NCBI GenBank assembly: GCA_902599315.1
Contig: CACKEY010000001.1
Span: 4,625 to 68,624, forward strand
Reading direction: 5' to 3'
Length of the DNA stretch: 64,000 bases
Source: an uncultured SAR86 cluster bacterium
Lineage (GTDB): Bacteria > Pseudomonadota > Gammaproteobacteria > Magnimaribacterales > D2472
Shown here: positions 10,216 through 20,523 of the stretch, in pieces
How positions within the stretch are numbered: the stretch's first letter is position 1
Layout of the letters: every line of letters begins with the position of its first letter
Notes under the pieces: model-generated
Databases searched by the model: none
The model's input: the letters and a program-made list of their open reading frames with translations, nothing else
What the model was told of the DNA's origin: nothing
Translations under genes and position numbers: made by a program

Positions 10216-11023
10216 AAAATTCTGAAATTTCTTTATACCCCTCATAATTTTCTTGTAATACATAATCTGTACCAATTAAATTCGTTATCGGTAAAAGACC
10301 TTTTGTAGAGCTTGTTAACCATATACAAGGTGAAGTGTTAAAGTCTTCAATGTCACATTCACCTTCTTGCACACAATATGAAGTGTCTTTGAGTGCGTTA
10401 ATTAAGATCTGTCTAGTTATGCCTGGTAAGATATTCTCAGACAATGCTGAGGTTCTTACTGCTCCCGAAGCATCAAAATAAAATACATTGCTCGCACCTG
10501 CTTCAGTCATAAAACCACCACGATGCATCACAACTTCTTGGCAGCCCAAAGATTTTGCCTTGTTCATAGATAAAACATTTCCAAGAAGTGAAGTTGATTT
10601 GATATTACATTTGCCCCATCGGTCGTCATCACACAACATGGCACTGATTGGAGAAGAAGAAGAGGTGGATGGAATTGCATAACCAAACCTTTCTATTTCA
10701 AGATTATCTTGGTAAAGATGGGATCTAATGACATCAATGCCCCTTGAGATTTGATAATAAATATAACCGTCTTGATCGGCTAAAGCGGATTCAAGTTGTT
10801 CAATATCATGACGGACACTTTTAAAATCAACATTCATATTCATTTGATTAACACTTTCAGTCATGCGATCAAAATGCTCTTTAAAGCACAACGGTTTTCC
10901 TAAAAAATATGGGATCACCTCATAGATACTATCTGAAAATGTATAAGCACGAGACATAGGTGAAACTTTTACCTGATCAAGTGTGCTTAATTTACCTTGA
11001 TATATTGCTGAGATATCTATCAT
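10181..11023 (-). CDS. Fold-type IV PLP aminotransferase, D-amino-acid aminotransferase-like (PabC/IlvE not excluded)
   Basis: 280 aa. The catalytic-Lys block CNIKSTSLLGNVLSMNKAKSLGCQEVVMHR resembles Bacillus D-AAT (..IKSLNLLGAVLAKQEA.., from memory). It lies directly downstream of dacA. Confidence 0.7.
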   Translation of the reverse strand: MIDISAIYQGKLSTLDQVKVSPMSRAYTFSDSIYEVIPYFLGKPLCFKEHFDRMTESVNQMNMNVDFKSVRHDIEQLESALADQDGYIYYQISRGIDVIRSHLYQDNLEIERFGYAIPSTSSSSPISAMLCDDDRWGKCNIKSTSLLGNVLSMNKAKSLGCQEVVMHRGGFMTEAGASNVFYFDASGAVRTSALSENILPGITRQILINALKDTSYCVQEGECDIEDFNTSPCIWLTSSTKGLLPITNLIGTDYVLQENYEGYKEISEFFKSAMQSHLEA

Positions 11024-12171
11024 TTACCAACAGAAAATAAATTCATGATCCAGAAAACTATTCGAGCCCAAATTCTTCCAAAGAAACCTTTAGCTTCAAC
11101 AGATTCAATTGCAATCAGTGGTGCTGAAAGCACTAGTTGGTCATTAGAAATAAATTCAATATTGCCAATTACATCTCCGGCAGATATGGGAGCTTGAATA
11201 TTGTTATTAAAATTATAATTAGCTTTTAAATTTTTAAAATCAGATCTAGGTAAAGTTAACAGAATATCATCCTTGGCTCCAAGAGAAACTTTATCCATCT
11301 TGCCACCCCATACTTTTGCAGAAGTGACCTCAGTAGCTTTTGAAATTAGTTTTTGGGTAGCAAAAAATCTAAATCCATACTCAAGAAGTCTCTGAGATGC
11401 TGTAAGCCTTTCATTTTCTGAAGGGCTGCCCGCCACGACTGCAATTAACCTCATATCATTTCTCTTAGCAGATGAAATTAAACAATATCCAGCTGACTCA
11501 GTATGTCCGGTTTTAACTCCATCTACTGTGTCATCTCTCCATAAAAGCTTGTTTCTGTTGAGCTGTCTTATTCCGCTAAATGTAAATTCTTTTTCTTTAT
11601 ATGTTGCATAGTGATCAGGAAAATTATTAATCAATGCTTTAGTGATATTAGCTAAATCTTTTGCAGATGAAAAATGATCTGGATCTGTCCAACCGACAGC
11701 ATTTTGAAACAAAGTATTGCTTAAACCTAATTCTGATGCATAGGCATTCATAAAATCAACAAATCCTTCTTCAGAACCAGCAACGTATTCAGCCATTGCA
11801 ACAGTAGCATCATTTCCAGACTGAATAACGATTCCAGATAATAAGTCTCTAACTTCAATCCTTTTTCCAGCCTCAATAAACATTTTAGATCCGCCAGTTT
11901 TCCATGCCTTTTCACTGATCAGAACTTTGTCATCTAGGCTAATTGCACCAGAAGCAATTTGATCAGCTATAACATAACCAGTCATCACCTTTGTCATGCT
12001 TGCTGGAGAAATTTGATTATCAGCATTAAATTCTGCTATTACAGTATTGGTGGTTGCCTCAAGCAGTATGTAACTATCTAAATTTAATTTAGGTGCTTTT
12101 GGAACCATCGATTGAGCCAATGCATCAACGCAAAATGGGGCAAAAAGTAAAATATAAAATATTTTTTTCAT
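11020..12171 (-). CDS. dacA: D-alanyl-D-alanine carboxypeptidase (PBP5/6 family)
   Basis: 383 aa with a signal peptide, SxxK (SMTK), SGN and KTGHT motifs, and a C-terminal amphipathic anchor. Confidence 0.9.
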   Translation of the reverse strand: MKKIFYILLFAPFCVDALAQSMVPKAPKLNLDSYILLEATTNTVIAEFNADNQISPASMTKVMTGYVIADQIASGAISLDDKVLISEKAWKTGGSKMFIEAGKRIEVRDLLSGIVIQSGNDATVAMAEYVAGSEEGFVDFMNAYASELGLSNTLFQNAVGWTDPDHFSSAKDLANITKALINNFPDHYATYKEKEFTFSGIRQLNRNKLLWRDDTVDGVKTGHTESAGYCLISSAKRNDMRLIAVVAGSPSENERLTASQRLLEYGFRFFATQKLISKATEVTSAKVWGGKMDKVSLGAKDDILLTLPRSDFKNLKANYNFNNNIQAPISAGDVIGNIEFISNDQLVLSAPLIAIESVEAKGFFGRIWARIVFWIMNLFSVGK

Positions 12172-12181
12172 TCTATTGATG

Positions 12182-13213
12182 TTACTTTAATTCGATGGAC
12201 AAATCATACACGGCTTTTGCATAAAAATGACTACGATTATATTTAGTAATTGCAATAAAATTATCGTCACCGATAAAATATTTATCTTTTGGCTTGCTCA
12301 ACAGGATTTTTTGTCCAGCTTTGATAAGATTTTTATTTTTAATATTGTTCAAATTCATTAAATTTCGTAACTCAAGATTATTTTCTATTGCAATTGATAA
12401 TAAGCTGTCGCCCTCTCGAATTATATATTCCTCCTCAATGCCCTCGGTATATTTTAGGGGAATAAATTTATTGAAATTGCTTGGAAGTTTATAAATCTTA
12501 CTAACATTATTTAATTGAACTTTTTTTACTATTACGCCATCTCTATTCCAGCCATGTTTTTTTAAATAATTAGCAATACTGGCAACAGCATCTGACACTG
12601 AATTAAATAAATCAGCATACCCATCTCCATCATAATCTATTGCATAGGCTCGGTAGCTAGAGGAAATAAATTGTCCATAGCCCATAGCACCAGCATATGA
12701 TCCTTGAACTAAGTTAATATCTAAATTATTTTCTCTTGATAGAACAAAAAACTGAATAAGTTCACTCTTAAAGAATTTTGATCTTCTCGGAAAATCAAAA
12801 CCAAGGGTTGTTAAGCTATCAAGTACTCTATAACTGCCTTGAATTTTTCCATACCTAGTCTCAACTCCTAATATAGAAGTAATAATTTCTCTTGGTACTC
12901 CAAAATCTTCTTCAACCCTATCAAAAAGAGATGCATTCTCTTTAATAAATTTTTTACCATTTATAACTCTTTTCTCTTCTATAAAAAGTTTTTTATACCT
13001 ATCCCAAGTCCAAGTAAATTCTGCTGGAGATGACATTGATTGCAGAATCTTTTCTTGTTTTTTGGCAGATTCAAGAATCTGAATTACATAACTTTTTTCA
13101 AATCCATGATCACGCACGAGAGTTTCAATAACCTCTTGTGCTTCTGGATGCTTAGAGTAGTCTGCAAAAATATTATTTGTTAAAAAAAATAAAATTATAA
13201 TAAGAACTTTCAT
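12182..13213 (-). CDS. mltB: Lytic murein transglycosylase (MltB/SltB type) with C-terminal LysM domain
   Basis: 343 aa with a signal peptide. The catalytic Glu lies in the context LGVETRYG. The C-terminal LysM is YIIREGDSLLSIA...IKAGQKILL. Confidence 0.8.
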   Translation of the reverse strand: MKVLIIILFFLTNNIFADYSKHPEAQEVIETLVRDHGFEKSYVIQILESAKKQEKILQSMSSPAEFTWTWDRYKKLFIEEKRVINGKKFIKENASLFDRVEEDFGVPREIITSILGVETRYGKIQGSYRVLDSLTTLGFDFPRRSKFFKSELIQFFVLSRENNLDINLVQGSYAGAMGYGQFISSSYRAYAIDYDGDGYADLFNSVSDAVASIANYLKKHGWNRDGVIVKKVQLNNVSKIYKLPSNFNKFIPLKYTEGIEEEYIIREGDSLLSIAIENNLELRNLMNLNNIKNKNLIKAGQKILLSKPKDKYFIGDDNFIAITKYNRSHFYAKAVYDLSIELK

Positions 13214-14298
13214 TGAGGTAAGAATTTTTTATGAGTACTCATTGATATAATTATGCCAAAACCAAAGAATAATGATATTAAAGATGATCCGCCTTTGCTA
13301 ATAAATGGCAAAGGCATGCCGACAACTGGAAGGAGTCCAACCACCATGCATAAATTTATAATTAAATTTGCAGCAAAAGTCAGAGTAAGTCCTCCGATTA
13401 CCAATCTACAAAATCTATCCCTTGCATTTAATGCCAAATAAAAACATCTTAATAAAATAAATAGATAAATACTCAGCAATAATAACACTCCAATAAATCC
13501 AAACTCTTCTCCAATAACGGAAAAAATGAAATCAGTTTCTGTTTCTGGAAGAAAATTTAATTGTGTCTGAGATCCCTCTCTAAAACCTTTTCCAAAAAAC
13601 CCACCTGAACCTATTGCGACTTTGGATTGGATAATGTTCCAGCTTGCACCAAATGGATCCATATCTTGATTAAAGAATGTTGCAATTCTTTGTCGCTGGA
13701 AAGGTTGCAAAAGAATATTCCAGATAAAAGGTGAACTTAAAATTAATAAGACAAAAGACCCTCCCATAAAACCCCAACTCAAACCAGAAAGAAAAAGCAC
13801 AAAGAGTCCTGAGCAAGCAATAATTATTGCAGTTCCAAGATCTGGCTGTCTAAATACAACAAAAAAACAGCTCAATATGATTAATAAGCTTATGAATATT
13901 TCTTTTCTTTGTATTGGAAGTTTTTTGTTAAATAAGAAATTAGCTAAAAAAATGGGTACTGCTAACTTCAATAATTCTGAAGATTGAAAGGAAAAAGATC
14001 CGACCCTTACCCATCTTTGGGCTCCATTAATTTCAGGACCAAATAAATATGTAATGCCTAACAGCAAAAGTGAAAAAATAAGAAATAATCCTGAGGTTCT
14101 TCTAAAAATATCAGGATCAGGCTGACTTACCAAAGTCATGATAATAAACCCAACAAAAATATAAAAAAATTGCTTTAAAACTATGTCGAGATCTGCATTT
14201 GAGGCAGAAAATAAAAAAAAAAGCCCAAGCGTTGACAGTAAAAAAAGACTAGAAAATAAATACGGATCAAAGTATATTTTTTGTAATTGTTTACTCAT
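13210..14298 (-). CDS. rodA: Peptidoglycan glycosyltransferase RodA (SEDS family)
   Basis: 362 aa polytopic membrane protein with conserved SEDS blocks (QPSE-like FQSSELLK, GSGGFFGKG). The start overlaps the mrdA stop. Confidence 0.93.
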   Translation of the reverse strand: MSKQLQKIYFDPYLFSSLFLLSTLGLFFLFSASNADLDIVLKQFFYIFVGFIIMTLVSQPDPDIFRRTSGLFLIFSLLLLGITYLFGPEINGAQRWVRVGSFSFQSSELLKLAVPIFLANFLFNKKLPIQRKEIFISLLIILSCFFVVFRQPDLGTAIIIACSGLFVLFLSGLSWGFMGGSFVLLILSSPFIWNILLQPFQRQRIATFFNQDMDPFGASWNIIQSKVAIGSGGFFGKGFREGSQTQLNFLPETETDFIFSVIGEEFGFIGVLLLLSIYLFILLRCFYLALNARDRFCRLVIGGLTLTFAANLIINLCMVVGLLPVVGMPLPFISKGGSSLISLFFGFGIIISMSTHKKFLPQ

Positions 14299-16126
14299 TA
14301 ATTAAGCTCTTTAAAACTTCAATTGCAACTGGTCCAGCAACAGCTCCTCCGCTCTCACCATTCTCAATTACCACTGAGACAGCATATCTTGGGTTAGGCA
14401 TTGGGCCAAAGGCAATAATAATAGAATGATCTCTCAATAATTCTGAAGTTCTTACTTCTTGATAAGCTTCCTTGCTGTCCAAACTAACAAGCTCTGCTGT
14501 TCCTGATTTTCCTGCTACTTGAAATTGCTTGAGATCACGAATGCTTCTGGCAGTTCCAAAATCACTTTCAATAACTCCCAGTAAGGCTTGATGCATTTTG
14601 TTCCAATCAGAATCATCAAATTTGTCATCCTGCCAAATTTTTAGAGATTTTTTTGTATTCTCAAATGTAACAATGGAAGGCTCACTTGAAATACCTTTTT
14701 TAGCCAGAAGGTAGGCATAGTTCGCTAATTGCATAGGTGTTGCTAATAAATAGCCCTGTCCTATACCTAAATTTACTGTATCGCCTTTTACCCAACCTGC
14801 ATTCATGACGCTGTATTTCCATTCAGGAGTCGGAACTAATGCTTGATCCTCATCGTAGCAGTCCTTGCAAACTTTTTGTCCAAAACCAAGGCTGAATAAA
14901 TGATTAGACAATTCCTCGATATCAGCTTGATAAGCTAGTGAGAAGAAGTAAGTATTTGAACTTACCAAAAATGCTTTATGCATATTTACCTTTCCATGAC
15001 CTCCTTTTCGCCAACCTCTAAAAACTCTTCCTGTCTCTGGTAGTTCAAAAAAACCTGGATCTTTCATCTCAAAATCCCAATTAACAATATTATTTAATAT
15101 TCCATACATGCCAATTGCAGGCTTAATAGTTGATGCAGGTGGATATCTTCCTTGCAAGGCTCTATTAAAAAATGGTTTGTCAGAATCATTAATTAAAGTT
15201 TGAAAATCGTCCTCATTCATGCCATTTGATAGCTGGTTTATTGAATAAGTTGGAGAACTATATAAGACGTTAATGCCTCCTGAATCTAGGTCTATTGCAA
15301 CCACAGCACCTCTTCTGTTACCAAGGAATTTTGCAGCACTTTTTTGAGCTTCAATATCTAAATTTGTATACAAATCTGCTCCTTGTGAAGGCTCAATAAA
15401 AGAGAGTGATTGGACCAGCTTTCCTCTTGCATTTATTTCATATACTCTTTTGCCAGGACTTCCACTTAAATGATCTTCATATATCTCTTCCAATCCTGTC
15501 CTCCCCTTTATAAGACCATGCGCATAAACTAATTCAGCATCTCTCCAATGGCTTCGAGGTATTTCAGGCATCGATTTAAATTCATCGTCAGATCTTGAGG
15601 TATATCCTAAAACATGTGAAAAAATATTAGGGTATTCACTAATTCTTCTATAACGCTTAGCTATAAATGCGTTCTGAAAATTAAAACTCCTTACATTAAA
15701 TCTAGCAATTTCTTCTTCTGAAAGATCTTTTTTTAAAACTAATTCTTTATTTACAAATGCTTTTTCTTGTTCAAGTTTCTTATACTGATTCCTATCTGAT
15801 TCAGATAAAAAGATTACAGGTTGAATTTCATCTAGAAAAGAATCTATGTTAGAAATTAGATTAGGTCGTGTGATTAAATCAAAAGTTGGTTCATTTTTAA
15901 TAAGAGCTTCGCCATCTCTATCAAAAATCTCGCCCCTTAAAGCTTGAACAGGCACTGCATAATTTTTATTTTTTAATGCTGCAAGCTGATAATCATTGTA
16001 TCCAGATATTTGTAAAGAAAATACTTGAACAAGGACTGCAATTAGACTTAAAACAACTATTCCAAAAAGCAAGATAGCCCTTGATGAAAAATTATTTTTT
16101 TCGATCTGTCTTTCTTCAAAAATCAT
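14291..16126 (-). CDS. mrdA: Penicillin-binding protein 2 (elongasome transpeptidase)
   Basis: 611 aa with an N-terminal TM anchor and the motifs STIKP, SSN and KSGT. Confidence 0.93.
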   Translation of the reverse strand: MIFEERQIEKNNFSSRAILLFGIVVLSLIAVLVQVFSLQISGYNDYQLAALKNKNYAVPVQALRGEIFDRDGEALIKNEPTFDLITRPNLISNIDSFLDEIQPVIFLSESDRNQYKKLEQEKAFVNKELVLKKDLSEEEIARFNVRSFNFQNAFIAKRYRRISEYPNIFSHVLGYTSRSDDEFKSMPEIPRSHWRDAELVYAHGLIKGRTGLEEIYEDHLSGSPGKRVYEINARGKLVQSLSFIEPSQGADLYTNLDIEAQKSAAKFLGNRRGAVVAIDLDSGGINVLYSSPTYSINQLSNGMNEDDFQTLINDSDKPFFNRALQGRYPPASTIKPAIGMYGILNNIVNWDFEMKDPGFFELPETGRVFRGWRKGGHGKVNMHKAFLVSSNTYFFSLAYQADIEELSNHLFSLGFGQKVCKDCYDEDQALVPTPEWKYSVMNAGWVKGDTVNLGIGQGYLLATPMQLANYAYLLAKKGISSEPSIVTFENTKKSLKIWQDDKFDDSDWNKMHQALLGVIESDFGTARSIRDLKQFQVAGKSGTAELVSLDSKEAYQEVRTSELLRDHSIIIAFGPMPNPRYAVSVVIENGESGGAVAGPVAIEVLKSLINE

Positions 16127-16590
16127 TATTTATGGTATGGATGATTTCTGTGAATCGTACTTGCTCTATAAATTTGTTCCATTAAAAATATTTTAAAAAG
16201 TCTGTGAGGAAAAGTTAACTCTGAGGCTGATAAAATTAGTTGTGATGTTGTTAACAATTTTTGTGATACTCCATGAGCGCCGCCAATGATGAAGTTAATA
16301 TTTACCCCATGATCAATTTTATCTTGTAAAAGGGCTGCGAATCCACGGCTATTAATCTTTTTTCCTGTTCTGTCCCATAAAATTACATGTGAATCAGTGT
16401 CGATTTGTTTAACAATTGCTAATCTTTCAGTCTCTAATATAGACTCTGTGTCTAAATTTTTAGAAGCTGATGGCTTAACCTCAGCAAAAGAAATGTTAAA
16501 GTTTAAGGGAATTTGTTTTGAGTAAAATTGTAAGGCCTGCTTTTCCCAATCAGATAGCTTGTGACTGATGCTTATGATCTTGCATTTCAT
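16126..16590 (-). CDS. rlmH: 23S rRNA (pseudouridine1915-N3)-methyltransferase RlmH
   Basis: 154 aa SPOUT fold. The C-terminus EQIYRASTIHRNHPYHK matches the RlmH tail. Its start codon shares one base (16590) with the rsfS stop codon. Confidence 0.9.
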   Translation of the reverse strand: MKCKIISISHKLSDWEKQALQFYSKQIPLNFNISFAEVKPSASKNLDTESILETERLAIVKQIDTDSHVILWDRTGKKINSRGFAALLQDKIDHGVNINFIIGGAHGVSQKLLTTSQLILSASELTFPHRLFKIFLMEQIYRASTIHRNHPYHK

Positions 16591-16925
16591 TACGCAGAAA
16601 TGAGAGTCTTTTCACCCCACAAACTTTCTAAATCATAAAATTCACGAGTGTCTTTTTGCATTATATTTACAACAACATCTCCACAATCAACCAATATCCA
16701 CTCAGAATCATCTTCGCCTTCAATACCAACCAAATTTTGCTGATTAACTTTAATAGATTCAATTAATTTATTGGCTATTGCTTTAGCATTTCTTGAAGAA
16801 GATGCCGTTGCAATGATAAGCCAATCAGCAAAACCTGAAATATCTCGAACATCTAAGATGAGAATGTTTTGAGCTTTCAACTTATTTAGAGCTTCAATAC
16901 AAATTTTTTTTAAATCAGAGTCCAT
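16590..16925 (-). CDS. rsfS: Ribosomal silencing factor RsfS
   Basis: 111 aa iojap-like protein (ADWLIIATASSSRNAKAIA). It sits upstream of rlmH. Confidence 0.9.
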   Translation of the reverse strand: MDSDLKKICIEALNKLKAQNILILDVRDISGFADWLIIATASSSRNAKAIANKLIESIKVNQQNLVGIEGEDDSEWILVDCGDVVVNIMQKDTREFYDLESLWGEKTLISA

Positions 16926-17085
16926 AGATATTAATCACCTTTTAGTAAGTTATAGAATTTTTTAGAATTAGTTTTAATTTAACGTTCAAGATTAATTATC
17001 AGAATATCTAACTTAATTGAAGAAATCTATAAAATATTTCTAATTAATATAGTCGTTCAATCAATCTTTTGATTAAGATACATAA

Positions 17086-17520
17086 ATGAATTTAGTTAAT
17101 TCTTTTATACAGTGGTTTGCTGATCATCCTGAGGTACTTATTGGTATGGGGATATCCTCTATTTTTATTTTTTTGATAAGTATTTTGGGTATTAGTTGGT
17201 TTATTGCTCAAATACCTGAGGACTATTTTCTCAGATCAAAAAGACAGCCATCAAAATGGCAAGAACAAAAGCCAATTCTTAGATTTGTAGTAATGTTTGG
17301 AAAAAATCTAATTGGGCTCTCTCTAATTATTGGAGGTCTATTAATGTTAGTTTTACCTGGCCAAGGTTTGCTCACAATAGTGACTGGGTTATTGTTGGTC
17401 AACTATCCAGGTAAATATAAGCTGGAACAAAAACTCTCCTCAATGCCTTCTATATTTAGAGCATTAAATTGGATAAGATTGAAGGCAAAAAAACCTCCTC
17501 TTCAAAGAAAAGCTTCATAA
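17086..17520 (+). CDS. Small integral membrane protein (possibly PGPGW-type)
   Basis: 144 aa with 3-4 hydrophobic helices. The LPGQG motif weakly resembles the PGPGW family. Confidence 0.5.
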   Translation: MNLVNSFIQWFADHPEVLIGMGISSIFIFLISILGISWFIAQIPEDYFLRSKRQPSKWQEQKPILRFVVMFGKNLIGLSLIIGGLLMLVLPGQGLLTIVTGLLLVNYPGKYKLEQKLSSMPSIFRALNWIRLKAKKPPLQRKAS

Positions 17521-17580
17521 TAATATGATGAAACATATTTATTCATATTTAAGTAAAAAATTAAATTCAGGAGATCTGAG

Positions 17581-18588
17581 ATGACAATTGAAAATAGAAA
17601 ATGGATTTTAAAAGAAAGGCCTATGGGCTTGGTGAAAGATTCTGATTTTGAACTTGTTACTGAGGTGCTGCCGAAAATTAATGAAGGCGAAATACTCCTT
17701 GAAAATCTATATCTTTCTTTTGATCCAACTCAAAGAGGTTGGTTGAATGATGTGCCTGGATATCTTCCGCCTGTTCAAATTGGTGAAGTTATTCGATCTG
17801 GTGGAATAGGCAAAGTGATAGATTCCAATAACCCAGAGTACAAAACTGGTGACCTTACCTTTGGTTTAATAGGCTGGCAAACTCATTGTCTTACAAAACC
17901 TAATGCAGATGATAGATTTAGAGTAGTTCCTGATTTATTGCCTATCCCTACAATGTTAAATGTTATGGGTTCAACTGGTATAACTGCATACTATGGATTA
18001 ATTGAGCTTGGAAAACCAAAATCTGGAGAAACAGTTTTAGTGTCTGGAGCGGCGGGTGCTACAGGTTCTGTTGTGGTTCAGATTGCAAAATTAAAAGGAT
18101 GTAATGTCATAGGGATTGCGGGAGGTAAAGAAAAATGTGATTGGCTGAAAGATATAGGTGTCGATGATGTTATTGACTATAAAAATTCTGATGTACATAA
18201 AGAATTACCAAAAGTGGTTGAAAATGGAATTGACATATATTTTGATAATGTTGGTGGAAAAATACTGGAAACTGTTCTTGAATTAATCAATATAAATGCT
18301 CGTGTTCTGCTGTGCGGTGGAATTTCATCCGGTTATGATGCAACCAGACCAGCTGATGGCCCAAACAACCTATTTTCATTGATTATAAAGAGGGCAACAA
18401 TGCAAGGATTTTTGGTTCTAGATTATTTACCTAAATCTGAAAAAGCGCTAGAAGAGATTGCAACCTGGGTTATGGAAGGAAAACTCCAGCATAGAGAAGA
18501 TATTCAAACAGGAATTGAAAATTGTCCACAAACTTTAAATAGACTCTTTACTGGAGAGAATAAAGGGAAACAGTTGCTCAAAATTTAA
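17581..18588 (+). CDS. NADP-dependent oxidoreductase, MDR superfamily (YncB/CurA, alkenal/one reductase-like)
   Basis: 335 aa with the AAGATGS dinucleotide loop. An AGGAG SD lies upstream. Confidence 0.85.
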   Translation: MTIENRKWILKERPMGLVKDSDFELVTEVLPKINEGEILLENLYLSFDPTQRGWLNDVPGYLPPVQIGEVIRSGGIGKVIDSNNPEYKTGDLTFGLIGWQTHCLTKPNADDRFRVVPDLLPIPTMLNVMGSTGITAYYGLIELGKPKSGETVLVSGAAGATGSVVVQIAKLKGCNVIGIAGGKEKCDWLKDIGVDDVIDYKNSDVHKELPKVVENGIDIYFDNVGGKILETVLELININARVLLCGGISSGYDATRPADGPNNLFSLIIKRATMQGFLVLDYLPKSEKALEEIATWVMEGKLQHREDIQTGIENCPQTLNRLFTGENKGKQLLKI

Positions 18589-19184
18589 GAAGAGTTTTCT
18601 GAAATTTTGTTTACTATTTTGGCAAGCATATTCATTCTTTGAGATGCATCAAAAGCCTCAAGCAAAGACTGTTTTTGAATTGGAGTAATGGGAATTAGCC
18701 CTGCTAATTGATAACTAACAGATTCGGCTGACAGCAGATCAATTTCTAAAGGCAAAGATTTTACTTGAGGGTGCTCTTTAAGCTGACTAAGAACATTAAT
18801 TAGCTCAGGAAATTGAGCTAAAACTGCTTGATCATCGACTGTAGGCTCGGTAATGGGAGAAATACAGGCATAATGAAGCCCAGATTCAAGTTGCTCAACT
18901 GATTTTATAGATACTTTCTGACATCCCTTGACAGTAATTCCTAGCAATCCATTAGGCAGTTGATTAAAGTCAATTATCTCAACAAAAGTTCCCTGCGACA
19001 TAAGACTTTCACCAGATTGATTATTTGTACTCAAAGTGATAACAAAGCCAGTGTCAGTTTTCATACAATTTTTTACCATTGAAAGATATCTAGGCTCAAA
19101 GATTTGAAGTGTTTGTATTGTTCCTGGTAAAACAACTAATCCCAACGGGAAAACTGGAAGTTTATTTGCTTTTGATGAGTTCAA
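18585..19184 (-). CDS. LON N-terminal (substrate-binding) domain-only protein
   Basis: 199 aa with LPVFPL..VVLPG....LQIFEPRY. There is no AAA+ or protease domain. Confidence 0.75.
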   Translation of the reverse strand: MNSSKANKLPVFPLGLVVLPGTIQTLQIFEPRYLSMVKNCMKTDTGFVITLSTNNQSGESLMSQGTFVEIIDFNQLPNGLLGITVKGCQKVSIKSVEQLESGLHYACISPITEPTVDDQAVLAQFPELINVLSQLKEHPQVKSLPLEIDLLSAESVSYQLAGLIPITPIQKQSLLEAFDASQRMNMLAKIVNKISENSS

Positions 19185-20463
19185 CTATTGGCTCCGATAT
19201 TTTTTTACTATCTTTATTACTCATAATAAGAATAACATCAAAATTAACTATTTCTTTTTTTAAATCCTCCAATAGTAACTTAATTGAATCATATTCAAAT
19301 TCCTGATTCTTTTTACCTGACAAATTCAGCCAGTAAGCTTTTTCCAAAGCAGAAGTGGTGTCATAAAGTTCTTGCCCATGATATCCCTGTGACATAGTAT
19401 TTGAAGCCAGCTCGATGATGCCAATTATTCTCTTAGAAGAAAAACGACTTACAGCAGCTTGAACTGTATGATGTATTGCGGTGGGATGATGAGCAAAATC
19501 ATCTATGACTAGTTTGTTATCATTTTGAAATATTGTTTCAAATCTTCTTTTCACTCCTTTTGATTTTGTTAGAGCTGAAAAAGAGTCTTTTGGATGAATG
19601 CCGTGCAAGAAAGCAGCATACATAGCCATGACCGCATTGCTTAGGTTGTGATAACCATGCATTGGAAGATCATCAATATTATATTTTTCAGAATCATATT
19701 TGATTACGCCCTCCTCAATTACAAGCTGTAAATTTTCTTTATCACCTATTTGATGCAAGTTTGACCAACAACCCATATCTAAAAGTTTTAAAATATTCTT
19801 ATCCTTACCATGAAATAAAATATGGCCATTTTCTGGAACTGTTCTCACAGTATGATGAAATTGTTTCAAGATGTCTGATAAATCTTTAAATATGTCCGCA
19901 TGATCAAATTCAATGTTGTTTATGATGAAAGTATGAGGATGATAGTGGATGAATTTTGAACGCTTATCAAAAAAGGCTGAATCATATTCATCGGCCTCAA
20001 CCACAAAAAAGTTAGATGATCCAAGGCGTGCAGAATTTTTAAATGAGTCGCTCACACCACCAACTAAAAATCCAACATCAATGCCACTAGCTTTAAAAAT
20101 TTCACAAATTAAAAAAGATGTAGAAGTTTTCCCATGTGTTCCGGATACAGCAATTACTGTTTTATCTTGGATAATCTCCCCCAATATTTTAGGTCCTGAA
20201 GTATAGTCAAGCTTTTGATTGAGGATATATTCAACAGACGGATTACCTCTACTTAATGCGTTACCAATTACATAAAGGTCGGCATCAGGTAGATCAGATT
20301 CCTCATAACCCATCACCATATCAACACCTAGAGAATCAAGCTGATCTGACATTGGAGGATAAAATTGCTTATCGCTTCCAGAAACTGCATGCCCTTTTTC
20401 AACAAGGATCTGAGCAAGGCCTCCCATGAAGGTGCCACAAATGCCTAAAATATGAATTTTCAT
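19162..20463 (-). CDS. mpl: UDP-N-acetylmuramate:L-alanyl-gamma-D-glutamyl-meso-DAP ligase (murein peptide ligase)
   Basis: MKIHILGICGTFMGGLA matches the Mpl N-terminus (E. coli MRIHILGICGTFMGG). It has the Mur-ligase GTHGKT loop. The ORF-track start at 20496 falls in an intergenic palindrome, so ATG 20463 is preferred. Confidence 0.9.
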   Translation of the reverse strand: MKIHILGICGTFMGGLAQILVEKGHAVSGSDKQFYPPMSDQLDSLGVDMVMGYEESDLPDADLYVIGNALSRGNPSVEYILNQKLDYTSGPKILGEIIQDKTVIAVSGTHGKTSTSFLICEIFKASGIDVGFLVGGVSDSFKNSARLGSSNFFVVEADEYDSAFFDKRSKFIHYHPHTFIINNIEFDHADIFKDLSDILKQFHHTVRTVPENGHILFHGKDKNILKLLDMGCWSNLHQIGDKENLQLVIEEGVIKYDSEKYNIDDLPMHGYHNLSNAVMAMYAAFLHGIHPKDSFSALTKSKGVKRRFETIFQNDNKLVIDDFAHHPTAIHHTVQAAVSRFSSKRIIGIIELASNTMSQGYHGQELYDTTSALEKAYWLNLSGKKNQEFEYDSIKLLLEDLKKEIVNFDVILIMSNKDSKKISEPIVELIKSK

Positions 20464-20478
20464 TTTTAAATATTTATC

Positions 20479-20494
20479 GGTAACATTTGTTACC
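20479..20494. promoter_or_regulatory. Perfect palindrome GGTAAC-ATTT-GTTACC in the mpl/pfp divergent spacer (candidate operator, regulator unknown)
   Basis: Read directly from the sequence: two 6-bp arms with a 4-bp spacer. It is the only perfect palindrome in this 60-nt spacer. Confidence 0.2.
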
Positions 20495-20523
20495 ATAGTC
20501 TATATTAATTATTTTATAAACTA

